Shown here piece after piece: positions 1 to 14,740 of a DNA stretch of 64,000 nucleotides (position 1 is its first letter; every line of letters begins with the position of its first letter). The DNA is from Planctomycetota bacterium. Lineage in GTDB: Bacteria; Planctomycetota; GCA-002687715; CAIWVZ01. The position numbers and the translations under genes are program-made. The stretch spans positions 96,001 to 160,000 of the forward strand of contig JBGANV010000010.1 in NCBI GenBank assembly GCA_044222185.1, in the 5' to 3' direction. Below the pieces are notes generated by a model. That model did no database searches and was not told the origin of the DNA. It saw nothing but the letters and a program-made list of their open reading frames with translations.

Positions 1-1
1 T

Positions 2-652
2 TCGCCGAACGACGCCGTGGGAGCGGCGGAGCGCGACCGGTCGCCGTTCTACAGCCTCGATCCAGCCGGCGACGCGGCAGCCGAGCAGGCAGTGGAGGCG
101 GCCCAGGCGGCGGGGGACACCCTCGGCGGCATGTTCGAGGTGCGGGTGGAGGGGGTCCCGGCCGGGCTGGGAAGCCACACGCAGTGGGACGCGCGCATGG
201 ACGGCAGGCTTGCACAGGCGCTGATGTCCATTCAGGGAATCAAGGGTGTCGAGATCGGGTCAGGGATGCAAGCGTCTGTAGAAAAAGGACTTGCATTCCA
301 CGATCCGATCATGCCGGAGGGCGGGGGCTCGTTCCTCCGCCCGACCAATCACGCGGGAGGGATCGAGGGCGGGCTGACCAACGGAGCGCCGATCGTGCTA
401 CGCGCGGCGATGAAGCCGATCCCAACGGTCGGCCGGGCACTCGCGTCGGTGGACCTTGCGACCGGTGAGGCCGCGGCGGCGGCCTATGAGCGGTCGGACG
501 TCTGCGCGGTCCCGGCCGCTTCGGTCGTGGGAGAGGCCATGGTGAGTCTCGTGGTCCTCGACGCGGTGCTGGAGTCGATCCCTGCTCCCACCTTCGGAGA
601 ACTGGTCGCAGGTGTGGCGGCTTTCCGAGAGCGGGTGCGGCGGCTCGCTTGA
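2..652 (+). CDS. aroC: Chorismate synthase, 3' part (5' end outside the window)
   Basis: Motifs GDTLGG, SIQGIKGVEIG, TNHAGGIEGG-TNG, AMKPIPT and ERSDVC are characteristic of AroC. The frame is open from the window start. Confidence 0.95.
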   Translation, partial: SPNDAVGAAERDRSPFYSLDPAGDAAAEQAVEAAQAAGDTLGGMFEVRVEGVPAGLGSHTQWDARMDGRLAQALMSIQGIKGVEIGSGMQASVEKGLAFHDPIMPEGGGSFLRPTNHAGGIEGGLTNGAPIVLRAAMKPIPTVGRALASVDLATGEAAAAAYERSDVCAVPAASVVGEAMVSLVVLDAVLESIPAPTFGELVAGVAAFRERVRRLA

Positions 653-713
653 GCTCACGCCCGCGGTGCCCCGGGCCCCGCATGCCGCTCGCAGATGCTC
701 GCGTTTCGCCACC

Positions 714-741
714 TTGACACCGGGGGCGCGAGCCGTACCAT
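714..741 (+). promoter_or_regulatory. Sigma70-type promoter of the tRNA-tuf operon
   Basis: TTGACA (714-719), 16-nt spacer, TACCAT (736-741), then a C-rich discriminator, 30 nt before tRNA-Thr. Confidence 0.75.
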
Positions 742-771
742 TCCTGCCCCACATCGGGCCGGGATCTCTCG

Positions 772-844
772 GCCAGCGTAGCTCAATTGGCAGAGCAGCG
801 GTTTTGTAAACCGCAGGTTGACGGTTCAAGTCCGTTCGCTGGCT
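772..844 (+). tRNA. tRNA-Thr(TGT)
   Basis: Acceptor stem GCCAGCG/CGCTGGC, anticodon arm GCGGT-TTTGTAA-ACCGC, T-loop GGTTCAAGTCC. CCA is not encoded. Confidence 0.97.
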
Positions 845-879
845 CTTGTCGTTTGACCGGCGCATGCGGGGAACGCAGC

Positions 880-961
880 GGGGAGATACCGAAGCGGTCA
901 AACGGGACAGACTGTAAATCTGTTGTCTTAGACTTCGGAGGTTCGAATCCTCCTCTCCCCA
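880..961 (+). tRNA. tRNA-Tyr(GTA)
   Basis: Acceptor GGGGAGA/TCTCCCC, anticodon arm ACAGA-CTGTAAA-TCTGT, long variable arm, GGTTCGAATCC. Confidence 0.97.
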
Positions 962-988
962 CTACGACGTGGTGAAAGGATCGGCTTC

Positions 989-1059
989 GCGGGTGTAGCT
1001 CAGTGGTAGAGCCCCAGCCTTCCAAGCTGGTTGCGAGGGTTCGATTCCCTTCACCCGCT
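989..1059 (+). tRNA. tRNA-Gly(TCC)
   Basis: Acceptor GCGGGTG/CACCCGC, anticodon arm CCAGC-CTTCCAA-GCTGG, GGTTCGATTCC. Confidence 0.97.
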
Positions 1060-1213
1060 TGTCGCGCACGAAACGCACCGGCGTGAACGCTGGAGCTTCT
1101 GGCGAGGCAGGAGATCGGAAACGTTGATCACGACGCGCGTCGTGAAGCGAGTGCGCACGAGAGTTTGAAGGTCTCGAGGTCAAGCGTCGCGACCTCGGGA
1201 CGGACGGTTCGAG

Positions 1214-1289
1214 GCTGCTGTAGCTCAGCTGGTAGAGCACCTCCTTGGTAAGGAGGAGGTCACGGGTTCAAATCCCGTCAGCAGCTCCA
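1214..1289 (+). tRNA. tRNA-Thr(GGT)
   Basis: Acceptor GCTGCTG/CAGCAGC, anticodon arm CCTCC-TTGGTAA-GGAGG, encoded CCA. Completes the classic thrU-tyrU-glyT-thrT-tuf order. Confidence 0.97.
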
Positions 1290-1329
1290 TCTTCGTTGAA
1301 CGCAAAGGCTACAGGAGTCGGCAAGCACC

Positions 1330-2535
1330 ATGGCAAAGGACGTCTTCAAGCGGACAAAACCGCACGTCAACATCGGAACGATCGGCCACGTCGACCACGG
1401 CAAGACGACGCTGACGGCGACCATCACGGCGACGCTCGCCATGAAGGGCTTCGCCGAGCGCCGCAACTACGATCAGATCGACAACGCTCCGGAAGAGCGC
1501 GAGCGTGGCATCACGATCAACACGGCTCACGTCGAGTACGAGACCGACAAGCGCCACTACGCGCACGTCGATTGCCCCGGCCACGCGGACTACGTGAAGA
1601 ACATGATCACGGGTGCCGCGCAGATGGACGGCGCGATCCTCGTCGTCGCGGCGACTGACGGCCCCATGCCGCAGACGCACGAGCACATCCTGCTCGCCAA
1701 GCAGGTCGGTGTGCCGTCGATCGTCGTCTTCATGAACAAGTGCGACTCGGTCGACGACCCGGAGATGTTGGACCTCGTCGAGATGGAGATCCGCGAGCTT
1801 CTCAGCAAGCACGGCTTCCCCGGTGACAAGGCGCCCGTCGTTCGCGGTTCCGCCCTCGTCGCGTCGAAAGCGGTCGACTCGAACAACTTCGATCACCCCG
1901 ATTTGAAGTGCATCCGCGAGCTGATGGACGCGGTCGATGCGTTCATCCCGACGCCGGTCCGCGAGGTCGACAAGCCCTTCCTCATGCCGGTGGAAGACGT
2001 CTTCTCGATCGAAGGTCGTGGAACGGTCGCGACGGGCCGTGTCGAGCGTGGCAAGGTCCACGTCAACGACGACCTGGAGCTCGTCGGCCTCTACCCGCTG
2101 TCCAAGAAGACGGTGTGCACGGGCGTCGAGATGTTCCGCAAGCTCCTCGACGAAGGAATGGCCGGTGACAACATCGGCGTGCTCCTCCGCTCCCTGAAGA
2201 AGGAAGACGTCGAGCGCGGGCAGGTTCTCGCGAAGCCGGGCTCGATCACGCCGCACACGAAGTTCACGGGCGAGGTCTACATCCTCAAGAAAGAGGAAGG
2301 TGGGCGCCACACGCCGTTCTTCAACGGCTATCGCCCGCAGTTCTACTTCCGCACGACCGACGTCACCGGCACGGCCAAGCTGCCGGACGGTGTCGAAATG
2401 GTCATGCCCGGCGACAACGTCACGATCACGGTCGAGCTGATCGCGCCGATCGCCATGGAGGAAGGCCTCCGCTTCGCCATCCGCGAGGGTGGACGAACGG
2501 TCGGCGCAGGCATCGTTGCGAAGGTTCTCGCCTGA
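1330..2535 (+). CDS. tuf: Elongation factor Tu
   Basis: [34 protein letters not shown] motifs. Confidence 0.99.
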   Translation: MAKDVFKRTKPHVNIGTIGHVDHGKTTLTATITATLAMKGFAERRNYDQIDNAPEERERGITINTAHVEYETDKRHYAHVDCPGHADYVKNMITGAAQMDGAILVVAATDGPMPQTHEHILLAKQVGVPSIVVFMNKCDSVDDPEMLDLVEMEIRELLSKHGFPGDKAPVVRGSALVASKAVDSNNFDHPDLKCIRELMDAVDAFIPTPVREVDKPFLMPVEDVFSIEGRGTVATGRVERGKVHVNDDLELVGLYPLSKKTVCTGVEMFRKLLDEGMAGDNIGVLLRSLKKEDVERGQVLAKPGSITPHTKFTGEVYILKKEEGGRHTPFFNGYRPQFYFRTTDVTGTAKLPDGVEMVMPGDNVTITVELIAPIAMEEGLRFAIREGGRTVGAGIVAKVLA

Positions 2536-2647
2536 TCGAACACGAGCGGTTCTGACGGGCGACCTCCGGGTCGCCTCAACGCGAAACTCAGGTGGCCAGG
2601 GGGTTCACGTGACCCCGTGGCCGCCGGCATGAAGGGCTGAATCGGAA

Positions 2648-3067
2648 ATGGAGCCTTACAAAGAAGGGCACGGAGTCTTTGTGCGGCGCGTGGCGTTCGT
2701 ATCGCTCGCGTTGCTTCTCTTCTGGGGCGGGCTCACGCTCTACGGTTGGCTCCAGTTCTCGTGGGTGAAGGAAGCCCGCTGGGTCGACTACGAGATTCCG
2801 GTCGTCCGGCAGTACATCGATCCGGCGTTCGTCATTTCGTGGCTCGTGATCATCGGCGGCAGCATCCTGCTCTACCGGCTGCTCAATTCGCCCAAGGCTG
2901 CGGACTTCCTCATCGAGACCGATACGGAGGTTCGCAAGGTGACGTGGCCGACGTGGAATGACGCGCTGAGCTCGTCGCTGATCGTTCTCTTGTTCGTGGC
3001 CGTGATGACGAGCTTCATCTTCATCTGCGACTTCGTGATGAACAAAATCGTTGGGTTGATCCTGTGA
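2648..3067 (+). CDS. secE: Preprotein translocase subunit SecE (3-TM form)
   Basis: FLIETDTEVRKVTWP motif, hydrophobic helices, position before nusG. Confidence 0.93.
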   Translation: MEPYKEGHGVFVRRVAFVSLALLLFWGGLTLYGWLQFSWVKEARWVDYEIPVVRQYIDPAFVISWLVIIGGSILLYRLLNSPKAADFLIETDTEVRKVTWPTWNDALSSSLIVLLFVAVMTSFIFICDFVMNKIVGLIL

Positions 3068-3657
3068 CCGAAGGCGCTGAGGAGAAGGCCAATCCCGAGC
3101 TGCGCTGGTACGCGATCCGCGTCCAGAGCAACAAGGAAGACTCGGTGAAGCGAAACCTCGATCGAAAGATCGAGCTTCGCGGATTCACGGATCGCATCAA
3201 AGAGGTCGTCGTCCCGACTGAGAAGGTCGCGGAGATCCGAAACGGCAAGAAGCGGTTCCGGACGGTGAAGACCTATCCCGGCTACGTCCTCGCCCAGATG
3301 ATCATGGACGAAGAGACGTGGCTCTTCGTGCGCGAGACCGGCGGAGTCGGTGACTTCGTCGGTGCGAGTGCCATGCCGACCCGTGGCAGCAGCGGCAAGA
3401 CCCCCAAGCCGTTCCCGCTTCGCCCGGAGGAAGTGGCAAAGATCTTCGGATCGCCGGTGACCGATGCCGGTGGAGCGAAGATCAAGATCGCGTTCCAGGT
3501 CGGGGACAAGGTCAAGATCAAGGAAGGTCCCTTCGAGAACTTCGATGGCGTCGTGGACGACATCAACGAGCAGAAGGGCCTGGTCCGTGTCGTCGTGACG
3601 ATCTTCGGTCGCGCGACGCCGGTGGAACTCCAGTATTGGCAGGTCGAGGCCCTCTGA
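3064..3657 (+). CDS. nusG: Transcription termination/antitermination factor NusG
   Basis: WYAIRV, YPGYV and KOW motif GPFENFDGVV...IFGRATPVEL. Confidence 0.98.
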   Translation: MTEGAEEKANPELRWYAIRVQSNKEDSVKRNLDRKIELRGFTDRIKEVVVPTEKVAEIRNGKKRFRTVKTYPGYVLAQMIMDEETWLFVRETGGVGDFVGASAMPTRGSSGKTPKPFPLRPEEVAKIFGSPVTDAGGAKIKIAFQVGDKVKIKEGPFENFDGVVDDINEQKGLVRVVVTIFGRATPVELQYWQVEAL

Positions 3658-3728
3658 CGCAGGGCCCTCACGAATGGCGCCGTCCGGTGCGCAAGCGCTG
3701 ACGGACGGCGCTCGGAGCGAGAACGAAC

Positions 3729-4154
3729 ATGGCGAAGGCAGTCAAAGCGAAGATCAAGCTGCAGTGCCCGGCGGGTCAGGCAACACCGGCTCCGCCGGTC
3801 GGCCCGGCGCTCGGTCAGCACGGCGTGAACATCGGCGACTTCGTCAAGAAGTTCAACGACGCGACGCGGCCCCAGATGGGGATGATCATCCCGGTGATCA
3901 TCACCGTGTACGAGGACCGCACCTACGAGCTCGAGTTCAAGTCGCCGCCGGCCTCGGTCCTCCTGCGAAAGGCCGCGGGCGTCGAGAAGGGCGCCGGGAA
4001 TCCAAAGCGCGACAAGGTGGGCAAGGTCACCCGGGCGCAGGTCAAGGAGATCGCGGCGACCAAGAAGAAGGAGCTCACGGCCGGCTCCGTCGAAGCGGCC
4101 ATGCGCATCATCGAGGGTACGGCCCGCCAGATGGGCATCACGGTCGTCGACTGA
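3729..4154 (+). CDS. rplK: 50S ribosomal protein L11
   Basis: [18 protein letters not shown] motif. Confidence 0.99.
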   Translation: MAKAVKAKIKLQCPAGQATPAPPVGPALGQHGVNIGDFVKKFNDATRPQMGMIIPVIITVYEDRTYELEFKSPPASVLLRKAAGVEKGAGNPKRDKVGKVTRAQVKEIAATKKKELTAGSVEAAMRIIEGTARQMGITVVD

Positions 4155-4251
4155 TGGCACGCCGGCAGGACTGCCGCGCTTGCGCGGGTCCAGCCGGTTC
4201 GAACGAATCACAGATCACTTCCTGCGTCCTCGGAGGGCGTGGGAACCGACG

Positions 4252-4284
4252 GTGGCGGACTGAGCGCAGGTGCGGTCGGACCAC
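4252..4284 (+). promoter_or_regulatory. Candidate L1-binding autoregulatory RNA site upstream of rplA
   Basis: GTGG-C-GGACTG...CGGTC-GGA-CCAC forms a stem/internal loop/stem in a 184-nt rplK-rplA gap, resembling L1 leaders. Not tested against a model. Confidence 0.35.
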
Positions 4285-4338
4285 TGGTGGAATACGGGGC
4301 GGCGCGAGCAGCCCCGGCACCTGCAGAGAGGCGCGTGA

Positions 4339-5019
4339 ATGCCTTTGAACGGTAAGAGGTACCGCGCCGCGGCGAAGATCGTCGACCGCACCAAGACCTT
4401 CTCGGTCGAGGAAGCGGTCGGACTCCTCTCCAAACTGCCCAAGGCCAAGTTCGACGAGACCGTCGAGATCAGTCTCCATCTCGGGATCGACCCGAAGAAG
4501 GCGGACCAACTCGTACGTGGCTCGATCAGCCTGCCGAACGGCATTGGCAAGGAACTTCGCGTCGTCGTGTTTGCCGAAGGGGCGAAGGCCGAAGAGGCCC
4601 GAGCCGCGGGAGCCTTGGCCGTCGGGTCTGCGGACCTGGCGGAGAAGGTTCTGGGGGGATGGACCGACTTCGATGTCGCCATCGCCACGCCCGACATGAT
4701 GAAGCATGTCGGCAAGCTCGGTAAGGTCCTCGGCCCGCAGGGCAAGATGCCCACGCCGAAGGCCGGCACGGTGACGGCGGATGTGACAGCTGCGGTGAAA
4801 GAGTTCCGGGCAGGAAAGATCGAGTTCCGGAACGATGACGGCGGGAATGTGGCCGCTCCAATGGGGAAGCGGTCGTTCACCGGCGAGAAGCTCAAACAGA
4901 ACATCGACGCCTTCCTCGATCACCTCGGGGGGATGCGGCCAGCGACGGTGAAGGGCGCCTTCATTTTGAAGGGCACGCTCTGCTCCACGCACTCGCCCGG
5001 CATCCCGCTGAGAGTCTGA
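4339..5019 (+). CDS. rplA: 50S ribosomal protein L1
   Basis: KFDETVE, LGIDP, VRG-LPNG-GK, LGPQGKMPTPKAGTV. Confidence 0.99.
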   Translation: MPLNGKRYRAAAKIVDRTKTFSVEEAVGLLSKLPKAKFDETVEISLHLGIDPKKADQLVRGSISLPNGIGKELRVVVFAEGAKAEEARAAGALAVGSADLAEKVLGGWTDFDVAIATPDMMKHVGKLGKVLGPQGKMPTPKAGTVTADVTAAVKEFRAGKIEFRNDDGGNVAAPMGKRSFTGEKLKQNIDAFLDHLGGMRPATVKGAFILKGTLCSTHSPGIPLRV

Positions 5020-5035
5020 GGCGAAAGAGGATTCC

Positions 5036-5566
5036 ATGAGCAAAGCCGTCAACGCAGCGATCATCGACACGTTCTGCAAGGACCTGGATGGCCAGGAGTC
5101 CTGCGTCGTGGTGAGCTGGGAAGGCATGAACGTGGCCGAAACGGTCGCGCTGCGTGCCAAGCTCCGCGCGCAGAGCTTCCGGATGCGGGTGGTGAAGAAC
5201 ACCCTCGCTGCCGTCGCCTTCGAGCGTGCGAAGTTCACCGGCCTCGGAAGCCGCCTCGGTGGCCAGAGCGCAGTCATCTTCGGAGGCGAGGGAGCGATCG
5301 GCATCGCCAAGCTCCTCGTCGAAGAAGTCAAGACGAACAAGAAGCTGAAGATCCGCCTCGGGTATTGCGACGGAGAAGTCCTGGATGCCGCAGGCGTCCA
5401 AGTCCTCTCCACGGTTCCGGGCCGCAAGGAACTGATGGGAATGGTGCTTGGTGGGTTCTTTGGACCCGCGAGCGACATGGCCCGCAACCTCGATGGACTC
5501 TTCACGGAGTTCCACGGGCTCGTCGAGGCACTCGAGACCAAGAAGTCCGCCGAGGGCGGAAGCTGA
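5036..5566 (+). CDS. rplJ: 50S ribosomal protein L10
   Basis: RVVKNTL motif and synteny between rplA and rplL. Confidence 0.95.
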   Translation: MSKAVNAAIIDTFCKDLDGQESCVVVSWEGMNVAETVALRAKLRAQSFRMRVVKNTLAAVAFERAKFTGLGSRLGGQSAVIFGGEGAIGIAKLLVEEVKTNKKLKIRLGYCDGEVLDAAGVQVLSTVPGRKELMGMVLGGFFGPASDMARNLDGLFTEFHGLVEALETKKSAEGGS

Positions 5567-5613
5567 TCCACAAACAAGCTGTGCACCCGCGGGGTGCGCC
5601 GTAGGAGATTTCA

Positions 5614-6012
5614 ATGTCGACTGCAACGTACTCAGAGAAGATCAAGAACGTCCTGGACACGATCGGCGCGATGAGCGTTCGCGAGCTCGTCGAGCTCAAG
5701 GAAGCCTTCAAGGCGGAGTTCAAGGTCGAGGCCGCGGCGCCCGTGATGATGGCGGGCGGCGGTGGCGGTGGTGCGGCGGCGGCGCCGGCCGCGGCCGAGA
5801 AGACCACGTTCGACGTCATCCTCAAGGATGGCGGCCAGAACAAGATCCCGGTCATCAAGGTCATCCGCGAGATCACCGGCCTTGGCCTGAAAGAGGCGAA
5901 GGACCTGGTCGACGGCGCTCCGAAGCCCGTCAAGACGAACATCGCGAAGGACGAAGCCGAGGACCTCAAGAAGAAGCTCACCGAGGCCGGCGCGACCGTC
6001 GAGGTCAAGTGA
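5614..6012 (+). CDS. rplL: 50S ribosomal protein L7/L12
   Basis: Gly/Ala hinge, [20 protein letters not shown]. Confidence 0.99.
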   Translation: MSTATYSEKIKNVLDTIGAMSVRELVELKEAFKAEFKVEAAAPVMMAGGGGGGAAAAPAAAEKTTFDVILKDGGQNKIPVIKVIREITGLGLKEAKDLVDGAPKPVKTNIAKDEAEDLKKKLTEAGATVEVK

Positions 6013-6020
6013 CGTCGTTC

Positions 6021-6047
6021 GGCCGACCCATTCCGCATGGGTCGGCC
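6021..6047 (+). terminator. Hairpin in the rplL-rpoB spacer (attenuator or processing site)
   Basis: GGCCGACCCAT-tccgc-ATGGGTCGGCC, 11-bp stem just after the rplL stop. No U-tract. Confidence 0.4.
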
Positions 6048-6248
6048 TGTGCGGTACGAGATGAGGCTTGGCCGGCGTGAGCCGGCTTTCCCAATCCAGA
6101 CCGAAACACTCCCGATCGACCCGAGAGCCGCGAACGCGAAACAAGGAGACCGTCGCAAGCACCCCGAGAGGGGCGTTTGCGACTGGGCTCCTCGTGCCGT
6201 TTGTGGGCTCGACGAGGTCGGGCGTCAGAATCGTGGGGTAGCCTGAGC

Positions 6249-9938
<3,690 letters not shown>

Positions 9939-9947
9939 GGCAAGAAC

Positions 9948-12900
9948 ATGGACCCAGTGATCACGTCGAACATGGAGTCGTCGCGCTACGAGCGCGTGAA
10001 TGACATCGGCTCCGTCACCATCCGGCTCGCTTCGCCCACGGACATCCGCAACTGGTCCTACGGCGAAGTGCGCAAGCCCGAGACGATCAACTACCGGACG
10101 TACCGTTCGGAGAAGGATGGTCTCTTCTGCGAGCGCATCTTCGGACCGGAGAAGGACTACGAGTGCTTCTGCGGGAAGTACAAGGGCATCAAGCACAAGG
10201 GCATCGTGTGCGACCGCTGCGGCGTGAAGATCACGCACTCGCGCGAGCGCCGCTCGCGCATGGGCCACATCAATCTCGCAGCGCCCGTCGCGCACATCTG
10301 GTTCTTCAAGGCCATGCCGTCCCGCCTCGGGACGCTGCTGGCGATGAAGACCCACGACATGGAGCGCGTCGTCTACTTCCAGGACTACGTGGTCATCGAC
10401 CCGGGGAACACGGAAGAGACGAAGCTCGCGGAGAAGCAACTCCTCACCGAGGAGCAGTACCGCACCGCGCGGGACAAGTACGGCAGCAAGTTCGAAGCGG
10501 GCATGGGAGCCGAGGCCGTCAAGAAGCTCCTCATGCGCCTCGACCTCGCGAAGCTCTCACAGGAGCTTCGCACGGAGCTGCAGGAGACGCGGAGCAAACA
10601 GCGCGCGAAAGACATCGTCAAACGGTTGAAGACCGTCGAGGCGCTCCGCAACTCCGAGAACCGCGCCGAGTGGATGATCCTGGACGTCGTGCCGGTGATC
10701 CCGCCGGATCTCCGCCCTCTCGTCCTCTTGGAGAGCGGCAACTTCGCGTCGTCCGACCTGAACGACCTCTACCGCCGCCTCATCAACCGCAACAACCGCC
10801 TGAAGAAGTTCCTCGACCTGAACGCTCCGGAAGTCATCATTCGGAACGAGAAGCGCATGCTTCAGCAGTCGGTCGACGCGCTCTTCGACAACGGCCGCTG
10901 CCGCCGCCCGGTGCTCGGATCGAGCAACCGCCCGCTGAAGTCGCTGACGGACATGATCAAGGGCAAGCAGGGCCGCTTCCGCGAGAACCTGCTCGGCAAG
11001 CGCGTCGACTACTCTGCGCGCTCCGTGATCGTCGTCGGACCGGACCTGAAACTCCACCAGTGCGGACTTCCGAAGAAGATCGCACTCGAGCTGTTCCAGC
11101 CGTTCATCATCCGGCGCCTGAAGGAACTCGGGCTCGCGGACACGATTCGCTCCGCGAAGAAGATGCTCGAGCGCAAGGACGAGGAGGTGTGGGACATCCT
11201 CGAAGAGGTGATCCAGAATCACCCGGTCCTCCTCAATCGTGCGCCGACGCTGCACCGAATGGGTATCCAGGCGTTCGAGCCGGTGCTCATCGAAGGCAAC
11301 GCCATCCGCCTTCACCCGCTCGTCTGCACAGGCTTCAACGCCGACTTCGACGGTGACCAGATGGCCGTCCACCTCCCACTGTCGCTCGAGGCGCAAGTGG
11401 AGGCGCGCACCCTGATGTTGTCGACCAACAACATCTTCTCGCCCGCGAACGGCCGTCCGATCATGGCGCCGACGCAGGACGTCGTCCTCGGCTGCTACTA
11501 CCTGACGGTCGACGGGCCGGGCACCGTCGAGGTCCTGAAGTCGCGAGAGGGCAAGGAGTACATGAAGTACTTCGGCTCCGCCCTCGAGGTCTTCCGTGCC
11601 TACGGCGACAAGAAGGTCCGCACTCACCAGCGCGTTCGGCTCCGCCTGCGCGCGCGGCGCAAGGTCATCACCGAGAAGGAGACGGTCGAGCTCGAGAACA
11701 CGACGATCACGACGACCGTCGGCCGCGTGGTGTTCGACGACATCCTTCCCAAGGGGATGCCGTACTACAACCTGCCCCTGAAGAAGAAGCTCCTCGCGCA
11801 GGTCATCATCGACTGCCACAAGCTTCTGGGGAAGCAGGCGACGATTCAGCTCCTCGACGACCTGAAGGCGCTCGGCTTCAAGGCGTCGACTCTCGCGGGG
11901 CTCTCCATCGGCAAGAACGACATGCGCATGCCGGCGCGCAAGGCCAACATCCTCGAGCGTGCCCAGAAGGAAGTCGAGCAGGCCGAAATCCTCCGCGAGC
12001 AGGGCAGCATCTCGGAGAAGGAGCGATACAACAAAGTCATCGACATCTGGTCGCACGCCCGTGAGGAAGTGGGCAAGGAGATGATGGAGGAGCTCAAGAC
12101 GGACGTCCGTCAGGGCGACCCCTACAAGAACCCCATCTACCTCATGGCCGACTCCGGCGCGCGTGGCTCCGTCGAGCAGGTTCGTCAGCTCGCGGGGATG
12201 CGCGGACTCATGGCCAAGCCGTCGGGCGCGATCATCGAGACGCCGATCAAGGCCAACTTCCGCGAGGGTCTGAAGGTGCTCGAGTACTTCTCGTCCACCC
12301 ACGGTGCTCGAAAGGGACTGGCCGACACGGCACTGAAGACGGCCGACTCGGGTTACCTGACGCGCAAGCTGACCGACGTCACGCAGAACGTCGTCGTCAC
12401 GACGGACGATTGCGGGACCGCGCGCGGCGTGCTGAAGGGTGCGGTGCTCAAGGGCGAGCGCATCGAGGTTCCGCTGTCGCAGCAGATCCGCGGGCGCGTC
12501 TCGTTGAACACGATCCGCGACGTCGTCACGGACGAACTCATCGTCGAGGCCAACGGCCTGATCACGGACGAAGCCGCCGAGCGCATCGAAGCCCTGAACT
12601 TCGAGCGCGTCCTCGTCCGCACCCCGATGACGTGCGAAGCGCCCATGGGCGTCTGCGCGCGTTGTTACGGGTCGGATCTCTCGCGTGGCCGTCTCGTCGA
12701 GATCGGCACGGCCGTCGGCGTCGTCGCCGCGCAGTCGATCGGCGAGCCGGGAACCCAGCTCACGATGCGTACCTTCCACATCGGTGGAACGGCCAGCCGC
12801 GCGGTGAAGGACCGCGAGATCATCCTGCGTCGCGGAGGAACCATCCAGTTCCGCGGCCTGCGAGTCGTCGAGAACGACGAAGGCCAGATGGTCGTCCTCA

Positions 12901-14111
12901 ACCGCAACGGCGCGGTCGCGGTCATGGACGACAAGGGCCTCGAGCTCGAGACCCACGACGTGCCGCTCGGCGCGACGATGTTCGTGCGTGACGGCGAGGA
13001 GATCCCCGCGGCCGAGGCCAAGAAGGGCCGCAAGATGTGCGAGTGGGACCCGCACACGAGCCCGATTCTCGCGGACGTCGGCGGTGTCGTCTCCTTCGAG
13101 GACATCGTCGAAAGCGAGACGATGAAGCACGAGCAGGAGGCCGGCTCGAAGAAGCGCCGCATGGTGATCATGGAGCACAAGGGTGACCTCCACCCGCAGG
13201 TCCTCATCCGCGACAAGGATGGGAACGTGCTGCACCAGTACCACCTGCCGGAGCGCGCCCTCATCGACGTGAAGGACGGCCAGAAGATCAAGGCCGGAAC
13301 CCTCATCGCCAAGCGCCCGCGAGAAGTCCAGGGAACGCAGGACATCACCGGTGGTCTCCCGCGTGTCACCGAGATCTTCGAGGCCCGCACGCCGAAGGAC
13401 CCGGCCGTCATCGCCGAGATCGACGGCGCCGTCGAATACGGCGAGCGCAAGCGCGGCAAGCGGATCATCGTCGTGAAAAACCCGGACACGGGCGTCGAGC
13501 GCCCGCACCTGGTTCCGCACGGCAAGTACCTCCGCGTCCACAAGGGCGACCACGTCCGCGCTGGCGAACCGCTGGTCGAAGGGCCGCTGGTTCCGCACGA
13601 CGTGCTGCGGATCTCGGGCGTCGAGGCCCTCCAGGACTACCTCCTGAACGAGGTCCAGGCGGTGTACCGCAGCCAGGGCGTGACCATCGACGACAAGCAC
13701 ATCGAGATCATCATCAGCCAGATGCTGCGGAAGGTCCGCGTCGTCGAGCCGGGTGACTCCGATTACCTGCCGGGTACGGTCGTCGATAGACACACGTTCC
13801 GCAGGGAGAACCAGCGCATCATCGATGCGCAGGGCAAGCCGTCCGTGGCCGAGCCGCTGCTGCTCGGAATCACGAAGGCTGCGCTCCAGTCCGACTCGTT
13901 CATCTCGGCCGCCTCCTTCCAGGAGACGACCAAGGTGCTGACCGAGGCCGCAATTGCCGGAAAGCGCGACCGCCTGATGGGCCTGAAGGAGAACGTCATC
14001 CTCGGGCACCTCATCCCGGCGGGCACGGGGTTCGGCGAGTACCACCGCACGCTCATCCGGCACATCTTCGCCGGGGGAGACGGGCACTCGGCAGGTACGG
14101 TCGCAGGGTAA
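9948..14111 (+). CDS. rpoC: RNA polymerase beta' subunit
   Basis: Catalytic NADFDGD, zinc-ribbon cysteines, [13 protein letters not shown]. Confidence 0.99.
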   Translation: MDPVITSNMESSRYERVNDIGSVTIRLASPTDIRNWSYGEVRKPETINYRTYRSEKDGLFCERIFGPEKDYECFCGKYKGIKHKGIVCDRCGVKITHSRERRSRMGHINLAAPVAHIWFFKAMPSRLGTLLAMKTHDMERVVYFQDYVVIDPGNTEETKLAEKQLLTEEQYRTARDKYGSKFEAGMGAEAVKKLLMRLDLAKLSQELRTELQETRSKQRAKDIVKRLKTVEALRNSENRAEWMILDVVPVIPPDLRPLVLLESGNFASSDLNDLYRRLINRNNRLKKFLDLNAPEVIIRNEKRMLQQSVDALFDNGRCRRPVLGSSNRPLKSLTDMIKGKQGRFRENLLGKRVDYSARSVIVVGPDLKLHQCGLPKKIALELFQPFIIRRLKELGLADTIRSAKKMLERKDEEVWDILEEVIQNHPVLLNRAPTLHRMGIQAFEPVLIEGNAIRLHPLVCTGFNADFDGDQMAVHLPLSLEAQVEARTLMLSTNNIFSPANGRPIMAPTQDVVLGCYYLTVDGPGTVEVLKSREGKEYMKYFGSALEVFRAYGDKKVRTHQRVRLRLRARRKVITEKETVELENTTITTTVGRVVFDDILPKGMPYYNLPLKKKLLAQVIIDCHKLLGKQATIQLLDDLKALGFKASTLAGLSIGKNDMRMPARKANILERAQKEVEQAEILREQGSISEKERYNKVIDIWSHAREEVGKEMMEELKTDVRQGDPYKNPIYLMADSGARGSVEQVRQLAGMRGLMAKPSGAIIETPIKANFREGLKVLEYFSSTHGARKGLADTALKTADSGYLTRKLTDVTQNVVVTTDDCGTARGVLKGAVLKGERIEVPLSQQIRGRVSLNTIRDVVTDELIVEANGLITDEAAERIEALNFERVLVRTPMTCEAPMGVCARCYGSDLSRGRLVEIGTAVGVVAAQSIGEPGTQLTMRTFHIGGTASRAVKDREIILRRGGTIQFRGLRVVENDEGQMVVLNRNGAVAVMDDKGLELETHDVPLGATMFVRDGEEIPAAEAKKGRKMCEWDPHTSPILADVGGVVSFEDIVESETMKHEQEAGSKKRRMVIMEHKGDLHPQVLIRDKDGNVLHQYHLPERALIDVKDGQKIKAGTLIAKRPREVQGTQDITGGLPRVTEIFEARTPKDPAVIAEIDGAVEYGERKRGKRIIVVKNPDTGVERPHLVPHGKYLRVHKGDHVRAGEPLVEGPLVPHDVLRISGVEALQDYLLNEVQAVYRSQGVTIDDKHIEIIISQMLRKVRVVEPGDSDYLPGTVVDRHTFRRENQRIIDAQGKPSVAEPLLLGITKAALQSDSFISAASFQETTKVLTEAAIAGKRDRLMGLKENVILGHLIPAGTGFGEYHRTLIRHIFAGGDGHSAGTVAG

Positions 14112-14116
14112 TGGTC

Positions 14117-14142
14117 AACCCCCGGCGTGGCCGGGGTTTCTT
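14117..14142 (+). terminator. Probable intrinsic terminator after rpoC
   Basis: AACCCCCGGC-gtg-GCCGGGGTT followed by TCTT. Confidence 0.5.
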
Positions 14143-14168
14143 GAAGGGGTCAACGCGGGCGGTAGCAT
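14141..14168 (+). promoter_or_regulatory. Candidate str-operon promoter
   Basis: TTGAAG, 16 nt, TAGCAT upstream of rpsL. Confidence 0.55.
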
Positions 14169-14240
14169 GCTCGCTCGCGTTCGCCCGCCGGACGGCAAAG
14201 ATCCGTCCCGTGGACACGTTCGCCAGGGAGTGGTCCGTAG

Positions 14241-14612
14241 ATGCCGACGATCAATCAGTTGGTCCGCAAGGGCCGTGAAAAGGTGCGCTGGAAAAGCAAG
14301 TCGCCCGTGCTCGGGTCATGCCCGCAAAAGCGCGGCGTCTGCCTCCAGGTGAAGACCATGACGCCGAAGAAGCCGAACTCGGCTCTTCGCAAGATCGCGC
14401 GTGTGCGCCTCTCGAACGGGAAGGAGACCACGGTCTACATCCCCGGCGAAGGCCACAACCTGCAGGAACACTCCATCGTCCTCGTGCGCGGTGGCCGCGT
14501 CCGTGACCTCCCCGGTGTCCGCTACCACGTGATCCGTGGAACGCTGGACGCTGGTGGCGTCGATGATCGCAAGCGCAGCCGCTCCAAGTACGGGACGAAG
14601 CGTCCGAAGTAG
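14241..14612 (+). CDS. rpsL: 30S ribosomal protein S12
   Basis: [26 protein letters not shown]. Confidence 0.99.
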   Translation: MPTINQLVRKGREKVRWKSKSPVLGSCPQKRGVCLQVKTMTPKKPNSALRKIARVRLSNGKETTVYIPGEGHNLQEHSIVLVRGGRVRDLPGVRYHVIRGTLDAGGVDDRKRSRSKYGTKRPK

Positions 14613-14740
14613 TTCAGCACGCGGGCGCACCCGGCATGGGTGCGCACGGCCACCCGCAACACCTGGTGGCCGAGACGACTGAGGCGCCAGGGGGCGCAGG
14701 CTGCACCCGGCGATGACGCGGCGGTGCGGAGAGTCAGACG

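Noticed and set aside
1060-1213. Structured spacer between tRNA-Gly and tRNA-Thr as a possible extra tRNA or ncRNA
   Set aside because: Contains hairpins but no T-loop or D-loop consensus. Consistent with an ordinary precursor spacer.
6177-6248. N-terminal extensions of RpoB, and likewise RpsJ, SecY, RplQ, MocR, PBP2, RodA and AldDH, in the ORF track
   Set aside because: Longest-ORF artefacts. Family homology begins at the downstream starts used above.
10557-14087. 1176-aa antisense ORF over rpoC, and similar ones over tuf, rpoB, fusA and the ribosomal genes
   Set aside because: Shadow ORFs. Strong GC3 codon bias removes stops on the opposite strand, they have no recognisable motifs, and the sense genes are unambiguous.
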